Assembly (NCBI GenBank): GCA_951406725.2
Contig: OX597814.1
Span: 84,444,001-84,508,000, forward strand
Origin: Octopus vulgaris
Lineage: Eukaryota
DNA: 64,000 nt
Reading direction: 5' to 3'
Part shown: in pieces, positions 12,392 through 25,300 of the stretch
Layout: every line of letters starts with the position of its first letter
How positions within the stretch are numbered: the stretch's first letter is position 1
Position numbers and translations under genes: made by a program
The notes under the pieces: model-generated
What the model was told of the DNA's origin: nothing
The model's database searches: none
The model's input: only the letters and a program-made list of their open reading frames with translations

Positions 12392-13250
12392 CATCATCAT
12401 CATCATCATTTAGCGTCCGTTCTCCATGCTAGCATGGGTTGGACGGTTCAACTTGGGTCTGTGAAGCTGGAAGGCTTCATCAGGCCCAGTCAGATCTGGC
12501 AGTGTTTCTACGGCTGGATGCCCTTCCTAACGCCAACCACTCCGTGAGTGTAGTGGGTGCTTTTTACGTGCCACCTGCACAGGTGCCAGACAGAGCTGGC
12601 AAACGGCCACGAACGGATGGTGCTTTTACGTGTCACCGGCACGGGGCCAGGCGAGGCTGGCAACGGACACGAACGGATGGTGCTTTTACGTGCCACCAAC
12701 ACGGGGGCCAGACAGAGCTGGCAAACGGCCACGAAACGGATGGTGCTTTTACGTGTCACCGGCACGGGGGCTAGGCGAGGCTGGCAACGGGCACAAACGG
12801 ATGGTGCTTTTACATGCCACCGACACGGGGGCCAGACAGGGCTGGCAAACGGTCACGAACGGATGGTGCTTTTACATGTCACCGACATGGGGGCCAGACA
12901 GGGCTGGCAAACGGACACGAACGGATGGTGCTTTTACATGTCACCGACATGGGGGCCAGACAGGGCTGGCAAACGGCCACGAACGGATGGTGCTTTTACG
13001 TGTCACCGGCACGGGGGCCAGACAGAGCTGGCAAACGGCCACAAACGGTTGGTGCTTTTACGTGTCACCGGCACGGGGGCCAGGCCAGGCTGGCAACGAA
13101 CACGAACGGATGGTGCTTTTACATGTCACCGACATGGGGGCCAGACAGGGCTGGCAAATGGCCACGAACGGATGGTGCTTTTACGTGCCACCGACACGGG
13201 GGCCAGACAGGGCTGGCAAACGGCTACGAACGGATGGTACTTTTACGTGT
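12392..13250 (-). mobile_element. RTE-tail retroposon nested in the Merlin-like element
   Basis: (CAT)6 tail at 12392, then the RTE 3' end, continuing into the 61-bp tandem array. Confidence 0.8.
12555..13250. repeat. GC-rich minisatellite, ~12 units of ~60-63 bp
   Basis: Unit GGATGGTGCTTTTAC(G/A)TG(T/C)CACCG(G/A)CA(C/T)GGGGGCCAGACAG(A/G)GCTGGCAAACGGCCACGAAC repeated head to tail without unique spacers. Confidence 0.95.
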
Positions 13251-16200
13251 CCTTTCCGAAAATAGAAGCTGAAAAACAGGAAAGAAATCCTAAAAGCAGG
13301 AGAAATGCACGAACAATTATGGTGGTGCCATGAAGTAAACATACTTCAGATACACTCGTTTATTCACACGAACGTAACTGAGATGAAATATGTCATAAAT
13401 AACAGTGACAAACGAAATATACACCGCCGGAAGTTGTTGTTGACAAACAACAGCAGTAATTTTATTCAGCTGAATACACGTCATTGATTGGTTGAAATTA
13501 CCTAAATACAACAACTTTAACACGAAATAACTTTGAAAATATAAACTTTTCTCAAAAACGCTAAGAGTAAAAGATGTTTTATATGACACATTCTACCAGT
13601 GTCCAAAGTTTGAAAGTGTTTAGTTACAAAAAATTAATTTTTTGATCTGCCGTTGAAAGGGAAAAGATCCCACTACAGTAACCAATCTGATAAACAGGCA
13701 TGTAAAACATACATCTGCATAAAAAACAAAAAAGAAATAATCAACACAATGGTGACAACTTCAATACATCATCTTTAATTTGACAGCTTAACACTGGAGC
13801 AAGAATTAACAGACTTGATTATATATATATATGTCGGAAACAAGTTTTTTCTGGTATCTAATTCGACTAGAGGTTTTTTTTTTTCTTTTTCCTCAGAATA
13901 CTGTAGGAAATAGACAGAAGAATACAAATGAAACAATGGATTAAATGTTATTAAGCAATTTGTTCAATATGCTGTTTCTTTAATAAGTAATATTGTTTTG
14001 TTTTGTTTTTACTTCCAGAATTGGCACAAAAATTTTGTGCAATATTGACTACCATGATATAGCATTGACCTGTTCAGATGATGGAATCATCTTTTAGACA
14101 GTAATGCCTGCAGTCAAGATATATACACAATGGAATGGAGCTGGCAAAAAGAAAATAGCTTGGTCAGCTGTGAACTTCCAACAACTCCTATCACAGGCGC
14201 AATACACCAGTTGATATTTGGTGAAATGGGAAGATCTACAAGTTAAACCTTTTCATTTTCCTCATCATTCCCGCCTCAAAGTATGCACTAGAGAAAGATG
14301 TGGCAAAGTGATATGTAAAAACATGAGGCGGTGGTGATGATGATGAAACAGAGTGCATTGTTCGGCTAAGAAGTAACGATCACAGCTGAATTTCATGGAG
14401 ACTGTCTCCAACTTCCTGAATACTCCTACAACTGAAAAGTTATGTTCCATAACCTTTAAGCAGTGTAAGACGAGAGAGAGAAAAACAGAGGAGGTGGGGA
14501 GAGAAAGGAGGAGACATTCAAGATAGAACTCATTGTTATTGTCACACATATACATAATTTTTTTGTTGATTTCTTTGCTAGCAAAATCTTTAGCTTAATT
14601 GAGCGATTGTCTCATTTACTGGAGATCTTCAGAGCGAATGATTGGTCAGAAAAAGGGTAGAGTTGAATGATTAATGAAGTGGTCAGCAATGAAGAAACAT
14701 TCATTGGTTTTGAACGGAACCAGACAGCAGGGTTTGGCCAGCAATATTTCCATAGTAGAAAATTGTTTGTACTCTATGTACTCAGTCTTTCAAAATCTAA
14801 GACTTAAAATTCAAAGCAGACGCACATTTTACAAATACTATTGATACATAAATACATACCCTTTTTTTTTTTTTTTTTTTACTTAAGTATAAAACCCCAG
14901 ATTTATAGCATTAGTGATTATTATAAAGTGAAGCAGTTTCAGTAAGATAATCAAAACCAAGTTTGGATTAGATTAGCTGGGAAGTTATTACTGCATCACA
15001 ATCCCCTCTTCAACCCTTCCTTCCAAAAAATAAAATCACAAAATATGTATATTAAATAATTTAATGTGCAAATGGAATTTTCACCCAGCCAGGAGGATTT
15101 AAGTTTCTATTTTGTTAATTCACTTCAGCAAATTAGATTCTGTAATTAAAAGTCCTTACTGTGGTAGCAAGAGAGAGAAGAGAGAGATGGAATACTAGAG
15201 TATTTAACAAACAAAACTTTCCAGCAGCTGGAGAGTAAAGAGTGCTATATATATACACACACACACACACAGACACACACATAAATTAACACATACACAT
15301 GCGCATGCACACACCATGTTTCTAACATGGGATTGCAAGACTTGAGAAGTACCCGATTTTTCATGCTAGCATTGATTGGATAAGTCTTCAAATCTAGACT
15401 TTTGACTGATTTGTTTAAGCAGATATTTCAAGTATATTTTTCGGCTATGCAATTAAAGTAATGTTTTATGTATGGGTGAATTATATCCTTAACAAGTATT
15501 GAATACTGCCTTCAAAATAACACTGTACAGAGAAACTAGTCATGATGAACATTCTCACAAACACACACACAATTCATCATAATTATTATCTTCACCATTA
15601 CCAACAACAACAGAAAATTATTTTTCCCAATGATTTTTCAAACAGTTTACTTCATAAGATATTGCTGTGTACCTACTGTGTGCCATTTCAGTTACAGTAG
15701 ACAGTGTTTATATGTTACTCCTCAAAAAAGTAAAGGAGTGCTGTAAGATCATGCTATACAAGCATTCATCATCAATTAGAAATAATACTCTCACTAACAC
15801 TTACACATGTTAGTAATTTCAGCTAGCAAATTTTGCAATTTGTGTTTTTTTTCACATCTACTTTCCTATACTAGAAAATGAAAGAGAGGAAAATACTGTT
15901 TTGTTTGTTTGGCAAACTTGGATATTTGTATAAGAATCATGGATGCCTTTTGTGGTTACTAATTAGCCAACAATGAAGCTAGGTTGATATTTAGTTTTTC
16001 ACAAAGGCAAACTCAGACAGGAAAGAGCAGAATATAGTTGCTGTTAGCAGAATACAGCAGGCTGTCAGCAGCAACTTATCTTTACAGTTACAACTTATGA
16101 TTGATACATTTATACATCTAAAAAACAAAAAAATTACTCTACCAATGAATAGCATGATTTTCATTGTTGTTTGAGTTTAATAATCATATCACAGTGACAT

Positions 16201-18882
16201 ATTTCAACTAGCTCTTTACCTGGTCATTTTCTGACTCTTTGTATTAATATTGATAACAAAATATCTTACTTTTTATTAGTATTGGTGAAAAAGTACAGCA
16301 ACTGGACTTAGTGGCTAATACCAGCTGATAGGCAGCATCAGAGTACACAATTTAGACAAATGACACCAAAACAGTACATACATATATATATAGTGCAAAG
16401 GATTATGAAGAAATATGACCGACCTACTGCTACAAAGAATTCTGGTGCTATTTTGATCATAATAGACAACCCAGTTTTGCTTTAAATATATATAAAAAAA
16501 ATTAATGCTGACATTTAAACCACTTTAAACTCTTATTTGATCTGTTAATATATTTTGAAATTGTATATTATGCTAAACCTACTACTACTATCAATTACAG
16601 AGTGACAATTCATTGATCAACATCCTCAATAATCTAGTGAGCCAACAAGCAAAATCTCTCTAATAATCTCTCACAGTGAAGAATCCTCAACATTCACATT
16701 ACATTGTCCCATTTTATTTTTATTAAAGTGGAATAAAGAAGAGACATGAAATTAAATACTGAAATATATGCCAGATTATCACTAACTTAGAGAATAGTAT
16801 GCTTGATATAAAGGTAAAAGAAGATGGAGATGAATTATGTAGCACAGCAACTTAACATAAGCAAAGGATGTTGACAGACTGAAGGGTAAGCCAAATAGCT
16901 TCATGATCTTATATTATGATGGAATGTTAGTGCAAAGACATTTATGTTTTGAGCAAAATATTTTAACATTGTTTAGAAACAGAATGAAATTTTCCAGCAG
17001 ATCTTTTACAGGTGGACAAAATGAAAATGAAACAAAAATCAAACAAAACAACACATAAGATTGACAGGGACTAAAGATATTAGTTTACAAAATGGAATAT
17101 AGATGTTAGTTTTCAAAATGGAATAAAGATATCAGTTTTCAGAAAGCCTTTGTTATTAAATTAATAAATTTGTAAAGAAAAAAATTTGCTCAAGCTGTAA
17201 TTTAGACAAACTACACAGCTGCATTTTTATATTTTCTATTGTTAATTATAATTTGTCAGTAGAGAAAATGACAAGTAGGCTAGCAAACTATGAGGTAGAG
17301 TTACGTAATAAAAGCCTACTGAATCAATATAATCTCCAATTTCTCAGTTCCTCAACAAACTGCAAAAGGTTAACTCATGGAAGAAATAGTTCTAATACAT
17401 AGAAAAGATGAAAATAAGAAAAGAGTGAAGTCAAATCTATCCTGCAAATAATTTTTAGTGATGCTGCCAGAAATGATGAAACATCAAACATTCCCTCTCT
17501 TAGCTGCTTGTGAACCAAAATCTCAAACATACAGGTTACAATTTAGTTTAATGGCAGTGCACACAAAGGTCAGTGTCTTAAATTGTACCTGCAAACATAT
17601 TGCAACAGATAAAAATATACAAGACCTGCATAATTTATATCTATATATTAATAATCTAGCTGTAGGCAAGTTAGAGCAGGAGGCTAATAAAAACTGCTTG
17701 AAAGACATTAGTGGAGCTAAGAGAAATAGCTCAAGACAATGGCATGGTTTTTAACTAAGTATGACTGGATGCACTGAATTTATATAATAGTGGAAGGGAT
17801 TTTAAAGTTTTCTCCTCTAGATTAGAGAGCATATTACTTCCAAAAACCACAAAAGTATAAACATGAGTAGTTCATTTCAGATGGTTTTAGACACCATAGG
17901 ACTGACAGAAAGACATACGATGTTGTGCAGATTTGTGCCATACAGGATGTTAAGAGTTAAATCTTAATTCATTGAAATACACTCTTCTGTTTTTTGTGAA
18001 TTGCTAACAAATGCCACTAGACTTTTGTGTTCTTTATCTAGTTTAGAGGAAATTTTCAGTTCATTAAGAATATATTTTCATACATCATTCAGTACAGTCA
18101 CACTTACATAAGTAAAAGCCTCTATTTATTAAGTAGGTTCATATTGTCTATTCTTCAGAGACTGTCACTGTCTTTAAGAATGATCAGATTTTCCTCTTAA
18201 GCATGACAATCAAATTAATTTAATGAAATTATCTCACCTCTTCTAACAAAACAAGCAGGTTTTTGTTTCCTTTCTTCAACTAAATGTAAAATTGCATTTT
18301 ACTAAAAATGTTTGAGTGTATTTCATTCAGCAAATTCATTCAAATCCCATATTTCCATAAAAGAAGCAGATCAATGGTGCTAATTAAGTAAAATCAGTGA
18401 ATTGATTATGTAGTTGTACTTGTTTAGCAAATCACTTGATCTGATATCAGATGTTTAAACAAAAACTAACTGTGGAACAATCATACTACCCATTTAAAAC
18501 TATTTATGGTTATATTCCTTTTTGGTCTTTTTTTGTGATAATCTTTGGTATATTTTGTTATCATAATGTACTATAAAGCGTCATAAATTAGTCGCTAAAG
18601 CAATTCCATTGCATGTTTTATTGTATTAAATCATTATAACAATAGATATGCTACTGGTAAACTTCTTACAAGAGAGTGTTACATTTGATAAAGTAATTAT
18701 CTAGAAAAGATAAACAACAGACTATGGCTATGTAGTTAAGTTCAATTAGAAACCACATGGTTCCAGATTTGATCCTACTGAGCAGCACTTTGGGGAGGTT
18801 AAGCAGTCTTGAGAATTATATTTTAGTAGAAGAGTAACTGTGCAGAATGCATATACAAAAATCATCAGATGTACATACACAC

Positions 18883-18888
18883 TTTATT
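18883..18888 (-). terminator. Candidate polyadenylation signal AATAAA at the base of a long hairpin
   Basis: Plus-strand tttatt at 18883-18888, followed on minus by GTGTGTATGT and TTTTTGT tracts. Confidence 0.35.
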
Positions 18889-19084
18889 TTTGAATCAACA
18901 AAGCTACCAATGGTTTCATGTGGAAAGGGTATCAACAATTCTTCAAGCTGTCCTTTAAAAACACTGATAATTGTCTCCATTCAAAAATGGAGACGATTAC
19001 CAGTATTTTTAAATAGATTGCTTGAAGAAATGTGGATACCTTTTCCACATGAAACTATTGGTAGCTTTGTTAATTCACAAATAA
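18884..19084. repeat. ~200-nt hairpin (arms ~98 nt, 4-nt loop) made of two inverted hammerhead-like motifs
   Basis: TTATTTTTGAATCAACAAAGCTACCAATGGTTTCATGTGGAAA...GTCTCCATT-CAAA-AATGGAGAC...TTTCCACATGAAACTATTGGTAGCTTTGTTAATTCACAAATAA. Confidence 0.93.
18897..18953 (-). ncRNA. Hammerhead-like motif, sense to DGCR8 (core position 3 is U instead of C)
   Basis: Minus strand: ACAGC-TTGAAGA-ATTGTTGATACCCTTTCCACAT-GAAAC-CATTG-GTA-GCTTTGT. The plus-strand mirror has TTGAAGA 19022-19028, a perfect ATGTGGA/TCCACAT stem II, GAAAC 19051-19055 and GTA 19061-19063. Confidence 0.5.
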
Positions 19085-22000
19085 CGAATGCACCAAATGC
19101 AGTGTTGAATACTGATTATTATTGTTCAATAACATTGCGTGTTTGAGTGAGTATGTGTGTCTGTACACACACTGGCATGGGATGGTCAATCAAAATCAGC
19201 ATGTGGCATTTAGTCACATTATGCCAAGGTTGATTTTACCTTTCATCTCTTACATCATCAATAAAATAAGTGTCAAATAAAGTACTAGGTTTAATACAAG
19301 CAGTTAAAACTCTAGGAGGTGAAACCAGAGCATGAATCAATAAAAGAAAAAGTTGATATTTACAATAGCAACGAGATATAAATGAAATTAGAAAACTGAT
19401 AAAAGATGGCATAAATTCTTGTAAAAGAGAGACTAAATAAAAAGCCTTTGACAAAGAAATTATAGCTTCACAAAAGAATGTGCTATGAATGGGAATATTA
19501 TAATGTAGAGAAGTTCTTGTTTTGCAGCTACTGATAATTCAAATAATTCTTTCACATTAATATTCACAAAAACCTTTTAGTGTCAGCTGTTGCAGATATG
19601 TTACTGTCAGGTTTGCAGAGAGATCTCATTTGATGATAGACTGCTATCATTATCACAGAAACACTATTTGATGACACTGGCAATCCACTAGGAACATTGC
19701 ACAGCCTAAAGCCATTGAATTTGAGCTTGAATTATAGTTCAAATTCTTGTCATACCTGGATACCTGGCTACTGTCTTTCATCTTCAGTAAGGAGAGGGAG
19801 AGATTGTAGCAAAAAATATACCTGATCAGTTGTCAGCAGAATTACAACAGCTTTTAAGGTATTGCAAGGAAAGAGAAATATATGGAAGATTTGTAGCGCC
19901 TGAGTGTCTTGAAGATGAAAAATATTGATTTCTGACATAGGTACAAAATATAACTTTGATGTATAGAGATTTTCAGTGACAGCTGTGTACTTCCTCTAAA
20001 TCTGAGTTTTAAGATAATGTCCCTTTACAGTAAGCTAAATATATTGTAATGAGGTATAAGAACACTGAAAGGAACAATAAGAGAAGAATTTAAATTCATA
20101 TTCAGCATGTGAAATAGCAGCTGTAGACAATATTAAGACAATATAATGTATTAGATGCCAAGGAATAATGGAAGGAGAGACAATATGATGGTAATTGTGA
20201 ATTAAAAATTGACTAGTTCACACATCTATTACCTTCATTTTTCTGGGTTTAAACTTGACTTAAAAAATAGCCACTTAATTGATAATAATGATGATAATAA
20301 TAATGATCATGATGATATCAGTGTTTATTCACTGCATTAATTACCTTCAGCTGCCAGTGAAAATAAGTGACTAAGAGAAACAAGAGTAGTAAATGCATAA
20401 TTGAGCCAATGTCCTTGCAACTTGAAAAAGCATTTTGATTTTTGATGACTGACTCCAAAATCAAGTTCATATGAAGTGAAAATAGTTATAAAATAAATGG
20501 TTTCTAATGTAACTTCACTAAACTAATCCCAGCATAAATGATTTCAGATTCCCTTCAAGGAAAGACACATAAATGCTAGGGCCTTTTACATTTTTAACAG
20601 TTATATATAGTAAAAACAACCAATGAAGGAAAAAAATTGGATCAGAACAGAGATATTTCTGGTAGTGAGAAATGAAATAATCTACTAAAAACAAAGAAAA
20701 GTGGTTTCATGACATTCAAGATGTGAATAATTCAATTTAAGGAGACAAAACTTTTACTTAAATCCTGATTCCTGACAAATATATATGTATGAAAAGAAGC
20801 TAAAATACGAAGAAAATAAAAAAAAAAAACCTATGCAGAAAAAAAAAAAACTCTGGTCAGATTACATTTCAAATAGAGAGGAATAACTGAACCATATCCA
20901 CACCAATTTTTAGAGCAAGAGACACTACTTAAAATCTAACAAAATGACTACCTGCTATAAAGTATCTTACATGATACTGTTTTGAACAATGCAAACTTTT
21001 TTCTTCAAATATCTGAGTCACAATTTATATTGTGCTTGGGGGCTATAAGAATAAAATCAAATGTATCTATTAAAGAGATTACACACACACACACACACAC
21101 TATGTATGCTTGCATATGAAGGAGTTAGCCCACCATAAACCATAAAATATATCTGCTTTGAAAATTCAACCATAAACTTGGATTTCCTCTTTAGTTGAGA
21201 ATTTTAAATTAACAAGAATTACATATGAATCTGAAAATATTGATCAGTGTGTGTATGTGTGCGTGCGCACGCACAATACACAACAACTGATATATGAGAA
21301 ATAAATTATTAAAAGGCTATCATCACTTTACTCCAATTTTAGCTAATTTCACTTTAACCATGATAGCTTAGGAATGGGAAACTAACCATGTGTGTATATG
21401 TAATGTCAACATCCAAATATTTAAATGAGGCAGTAATAGAAGAATATGGAATGGGCAAGGAGTACTTGCCTCCCTTGGTTATCACAATTTTTCACCCACT
21501 TATTCTGTATATATATAAATGAGAGCACACAGAATTAGATGAGCTAGGAGGAAGTGGTGGCTGGATTAACAATTGTGCTTCATCCTCCGACTGCAAATGC
21601 TTTCATTTTAAGTTCCATGTAAAAGTCCAGAGTTATAATGAAGTTTATCAAAAACAAACATCTGTCCCTCTTCAGTCAGCGGAAGGCTAGCTACACAACA
21701 TCAACACATTTCTAATTGAAGTGATGCAGTGTAAATGTAAATGCAATAAAAAAATAACATATAAGATACAGTGTAATTAGTTGCTGGATTTTGAGATAAC
21801 AAACAGTTCTATGCAAACAATTGACAACTATAGTGCAAGATACTGGAAAGTGTAAAGAGATTTTTTTTAAAGATGACATGTAGGAAGTTCCTCAAAAGTA
21901 GACCCCCCCCACCCACAAAAATAAGAAAAACATTGAGGACGCCATATAGTTCAATCACACTTCAAACAACTATGGCTAAGACAGACAGAAATGGGTAGTG

Positions 22001-22255
22001 TTTTTGTGGAAGATCAGATTGATAGTTGAGTGCAGTAATGGAAAAATGACCAAGTCATTGACTCAATATTACTTTTCTTCAAATGACATTCAAGTTAAAG
22101 TTGGTGGTGGGTGAAAGAAAGAGAATGTGTGTGGGTGTGAAAGAGAGAGGGAGAGAGAAACAATTGGCTACAAGCATTAAAATTGAAAACAACAGAGTAA
22201 TCTTAAGTGCATTGATAGCATAAATTAACAAACATCTGTAAACAAAGGACTAGTA

Positions 22256-22333
22256 TCAGAGGTCTAATCCTGACACATTTCCTACAGGGACAGCTGATTC
22301 AAGCCTCAACTTTCCTCTTGATTTGATGGATTC
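22256..22333 (-). CDS. DGCR8: DGCR8 terminal coding exon
   Basis: tttgcAG acceptor, phase 0; [25 protein letters not shown] then TGA at 22258-22256. Confidence 0.85.
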   Translation of the reverse strand, partial: ESIKSRGKLRLESAVPVGNVSGLDL

Positions 22334-25300
22334 CTGCAAAAAGTAAAAATATAATTAAATTTCATTACACAAAATTATGCAAATTCTTTTATTTTTAGAA
22401 TTAACGAAATCATTTTTAGTAATGTATGTAATGTATTCAGGTTTTTAAACAACAAAAAGTTGTTCTGAATGGTTTAGACAACTATCGATTGTTACATCAT
22501 ATTTGCAGACGTCTGCGACACAGATTTTCTGCTCAAATAACAAAACACTCATCTTGCATGTTTTTGCTATTGAATTTTAACAGGCCCACATAAAGTTTCA
22601 TTTAACATTTCATATAACTACAACTTACAGTTATAGTATATAACAGAAAAGTTATTATACAACTGGAATGATACTCTTAAATATTATACAAGATAGTTAC
22701 AATATATTTCATGCCAACGGCTCCAAACAGATCCAAAAGTAGCCACTCATATAACTAGAAGAATTCTATTAAATAGCTATTAGTTACCAATAAAGGTCAA
22801 GCATAATTAACCATATAATATATGGATGTCAATGAGTCTTTTGTAGTTGTAGTAAGTTAACAGCAATATAATAAACATCTATGCACCAATTAAACATAAA
22901 TCCACAGCAGTTGCCAACTATCAATGTACCAACCAAAATCAAAACTGTACTACAAAACTGCCTCACAAACAAAATTCATTTTAATACAGATATATACAGA
23001 CATGTAGATACACAAATGTATGTAGATCCATGTGTGTGCACGTATACACACACACTAAAAGTTGGTAGATCCAACAGTATTGTGGCTGAGATATATTAGT
23101 GAAGTCTATGATATGGGAATGTCGTGGGGGAGTGGTGATATCGGAATGTTGTGGGGGAGTGGTGATATCGGAATGTTGTGGGGAAGTGAAAAAGCTGAAT
23201 AAGTTGCAGAGATCAACATTTTGAACATACAATACAAATGGTAATAATGGTAACAATACAAAGAAACTAAGTATTAGTGATAGTGGTGGGAGTAGAAAAT
23301 TGTTACTTTGTAAGGAATATAAACAAAAATTAGGAATAATATAGATTATCTTCAAAAAGGAACATGCCCCACTCTTCTTAAGTCCACAGGTTCCTTCCAC
23401 TATTAGAGATCAGCACTTCTTTATGCAGCTGTTTTTGTCCATATGCATCATAAGACAATACCAACGCAGTCTTCTCTCCTGCACACTATATCTGATGTCT
23501 CTTGCACATCCAGCAGAGAATGCTAACTTCATTTCTTTTAAGCATTTGCATATCCTCTGCGGCCACAGGCATCAATCTGCCCTTACTCTGAAGAAGAGAC
23601 CCTTTGTTACCAACATCATCATCATCATTAACAACATCATCGTTTAATGTCTGCTTTCTAAGCTGGCATGGGTTGGACGGTTTGACTGAGGACTGGCAAG
23701 CCAGAAAGTTGTACCAGACTCCAATCTGATCTGGCAAGGTTTCTACAGCTGGATGCCCTTCCTAATGTCAACCATTCTGAAAGTGTAGTGGGTGCTTTTT
23801 ACATGCTACCGGCATGACAGCCAGTCAGGTGGTACTGGCACTGACCATGCTTGAATGGTGCTTTTTACATGCCACCAGCACAGGAGCCAGTCAAGCAGCA
23901 CTGGCAATGACCGCACTCAAATGATGCTTTTTATGTGCCAGTTAGGCGGTACTGGCATCGGCCATGACAATGACTCAACAGGTCTTTGCAAGCACAGTTT
24001 ATTGCCCAATGATTGAAGTGTACTTTTAAATGGCTGGTTATGCTACACTGGCATAGGCCACAGTTATCTCCAAAGGTCTCATTCACTCGTCATCGCCTCC
24101 ATGAGGCCCAATATTTGAAAGTCGTGCTTCACCACCTCATCCCAGGTATTCCTCTTCCAGAGGTTCCCACTACTGCTAGGATTTGACACTTTTTCACACA
24201 GCTGTCCTCATCCATACACAACATATGACCATACCAGCACAGTCGTCTCTCTAGCACACCTCATCTGATGCTTCTTATGTCCAACTTTTCTCTCAGGGTA
24301 CTTACACTCTGTCATGTATGCACACTGACATTAATCATCCAGCAGAACATACTAGCTTCATTTCTTGCAAGCTTACACATGTCCTCAGCAGACACAGCCC
24401 ATGTTTCACTGCCATGTAGCTAAGCTGTTCACATACATGCATTATACAGTCTACCTTTGTCACCAGCAGAGAGGCCCTTTATCACCAGCAAAGGTAGGAG
24501 CTCTCTGAACTTTGCCCAGGCTATTCTTATTCTAGCAGCTACACTCTCAGAGCATCTACCCCCACTACTGACTTAGTCACCTAGGTAACAGAAGCTATCA
24601 ACTACTTCTAGTTTTTCCCCGACATGTGATGGAAGCTGGGAAGCTGTTTTCTGCACATTTTCAGTGATTATTGCCTCTGAGCATTTGCCACACAAACTAT
24701 CTTCCCAGTTAGCCTTCCTTTGAAATTGCTGCACCTTTTATGTGTCCATAGTTTACACCAGGTACATCTTATGGAGTTTCTACTGACACCTTTTCTACAG
24801 ATTGAGCAGGGCCATCTATCTGAAGGGATTTGTGATTTTTATGCCTTCCTACTTTTTAAGACTTTGGTTTTTGCAAGATTGACTCTAGACCTTGCTTCCA
24901 CACCTGAAACTTTTCCTCAAGTTCTGATAGTGACTCAGCTATTAGAGCAAGGTCATCAGCATACAGAAGCTCCCCAGAGGCATCCTGTTTTGAATTCCTC
25001 CATTATTGCCTGGAGGACTATGATGAATAAGAGGGGACTGAGGATCCTTGTTGGACCCCTACCCGAAATTCTTCACTATACTCATTGCCAACCCTCACTT
25101 TCCTGACAGCATCCCTGTACATGGCTTGTACAGCTCTCACTAACCACTCATTTATCCCTAGTTTCCACATTGACCACCTGATAAGGAATCAGGGGAGACC
25201 CTTTCAAAGGCTTTCTCCATGTCAACCAGCACCAGGTACAGAGGTTTATCTTTGGCTAGATATTTCTCCTGCAGCTGTCTTACCAGAAATATAGCATCAG

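Larger units (their letters stand above)
11914..13670. mobile_element. Merlin-like non-autonomous DNA transposon with ~270-bp TIRs, carrying a nested retroposon
   Basis: Termini GGATCTTTTCCCTTTCAA / TTGAAAGGGAAAAGATCC; perfect 8-bp TSD CACTACAG at 11906-11913 and 13671-13678. GG termini plus an 8-bp TSD is the Merlin (IS1016-like) signature. Confidence 0.8.
13755..22255 (-). other. Putative long 3'UTR of DGCR8 (extent uncertain)
   Basis: Repeat-poor stretch directly after the stop codon. Candidate poly(A) signals on minus: AATAAA at 18888-18883, and ATTAAA at 13779-13774 followed by a GU/U-rich tract. Confidence 0.45.

Noticed and set aside
12555-13250. CRISPR-like array, or the 258/211/152-aa ORFs over the 61-bp repeats
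   Set aside because: Units are contiguous tandem copies with no unique spacers, there are no cas genes, and the context is eukaryotic. The ORFs exist only because the unit lacks stop codons.
11995-13589. Paired ORFs beginning MSYKTSFTLSVFEK on opposite strands (similar pair at 29645 and 30608)
   Set aside because: They are translations of the two TIRs of a non-autonomous element.
14098-14250. Exon-like plus-strand segment (MPAVKIYTQWNGAGKKKIAWSAVNFQQLLSQAQYTS)
   Set aside because: Short, closed by stops, no partner exons and no family I can name with confidence.
16036-16077. Small hairpin AGTTGCTG...CAGCAACT as a pre-miRNA
   Set aside because: Only ~8 contiguous pairs; too short and irregular.
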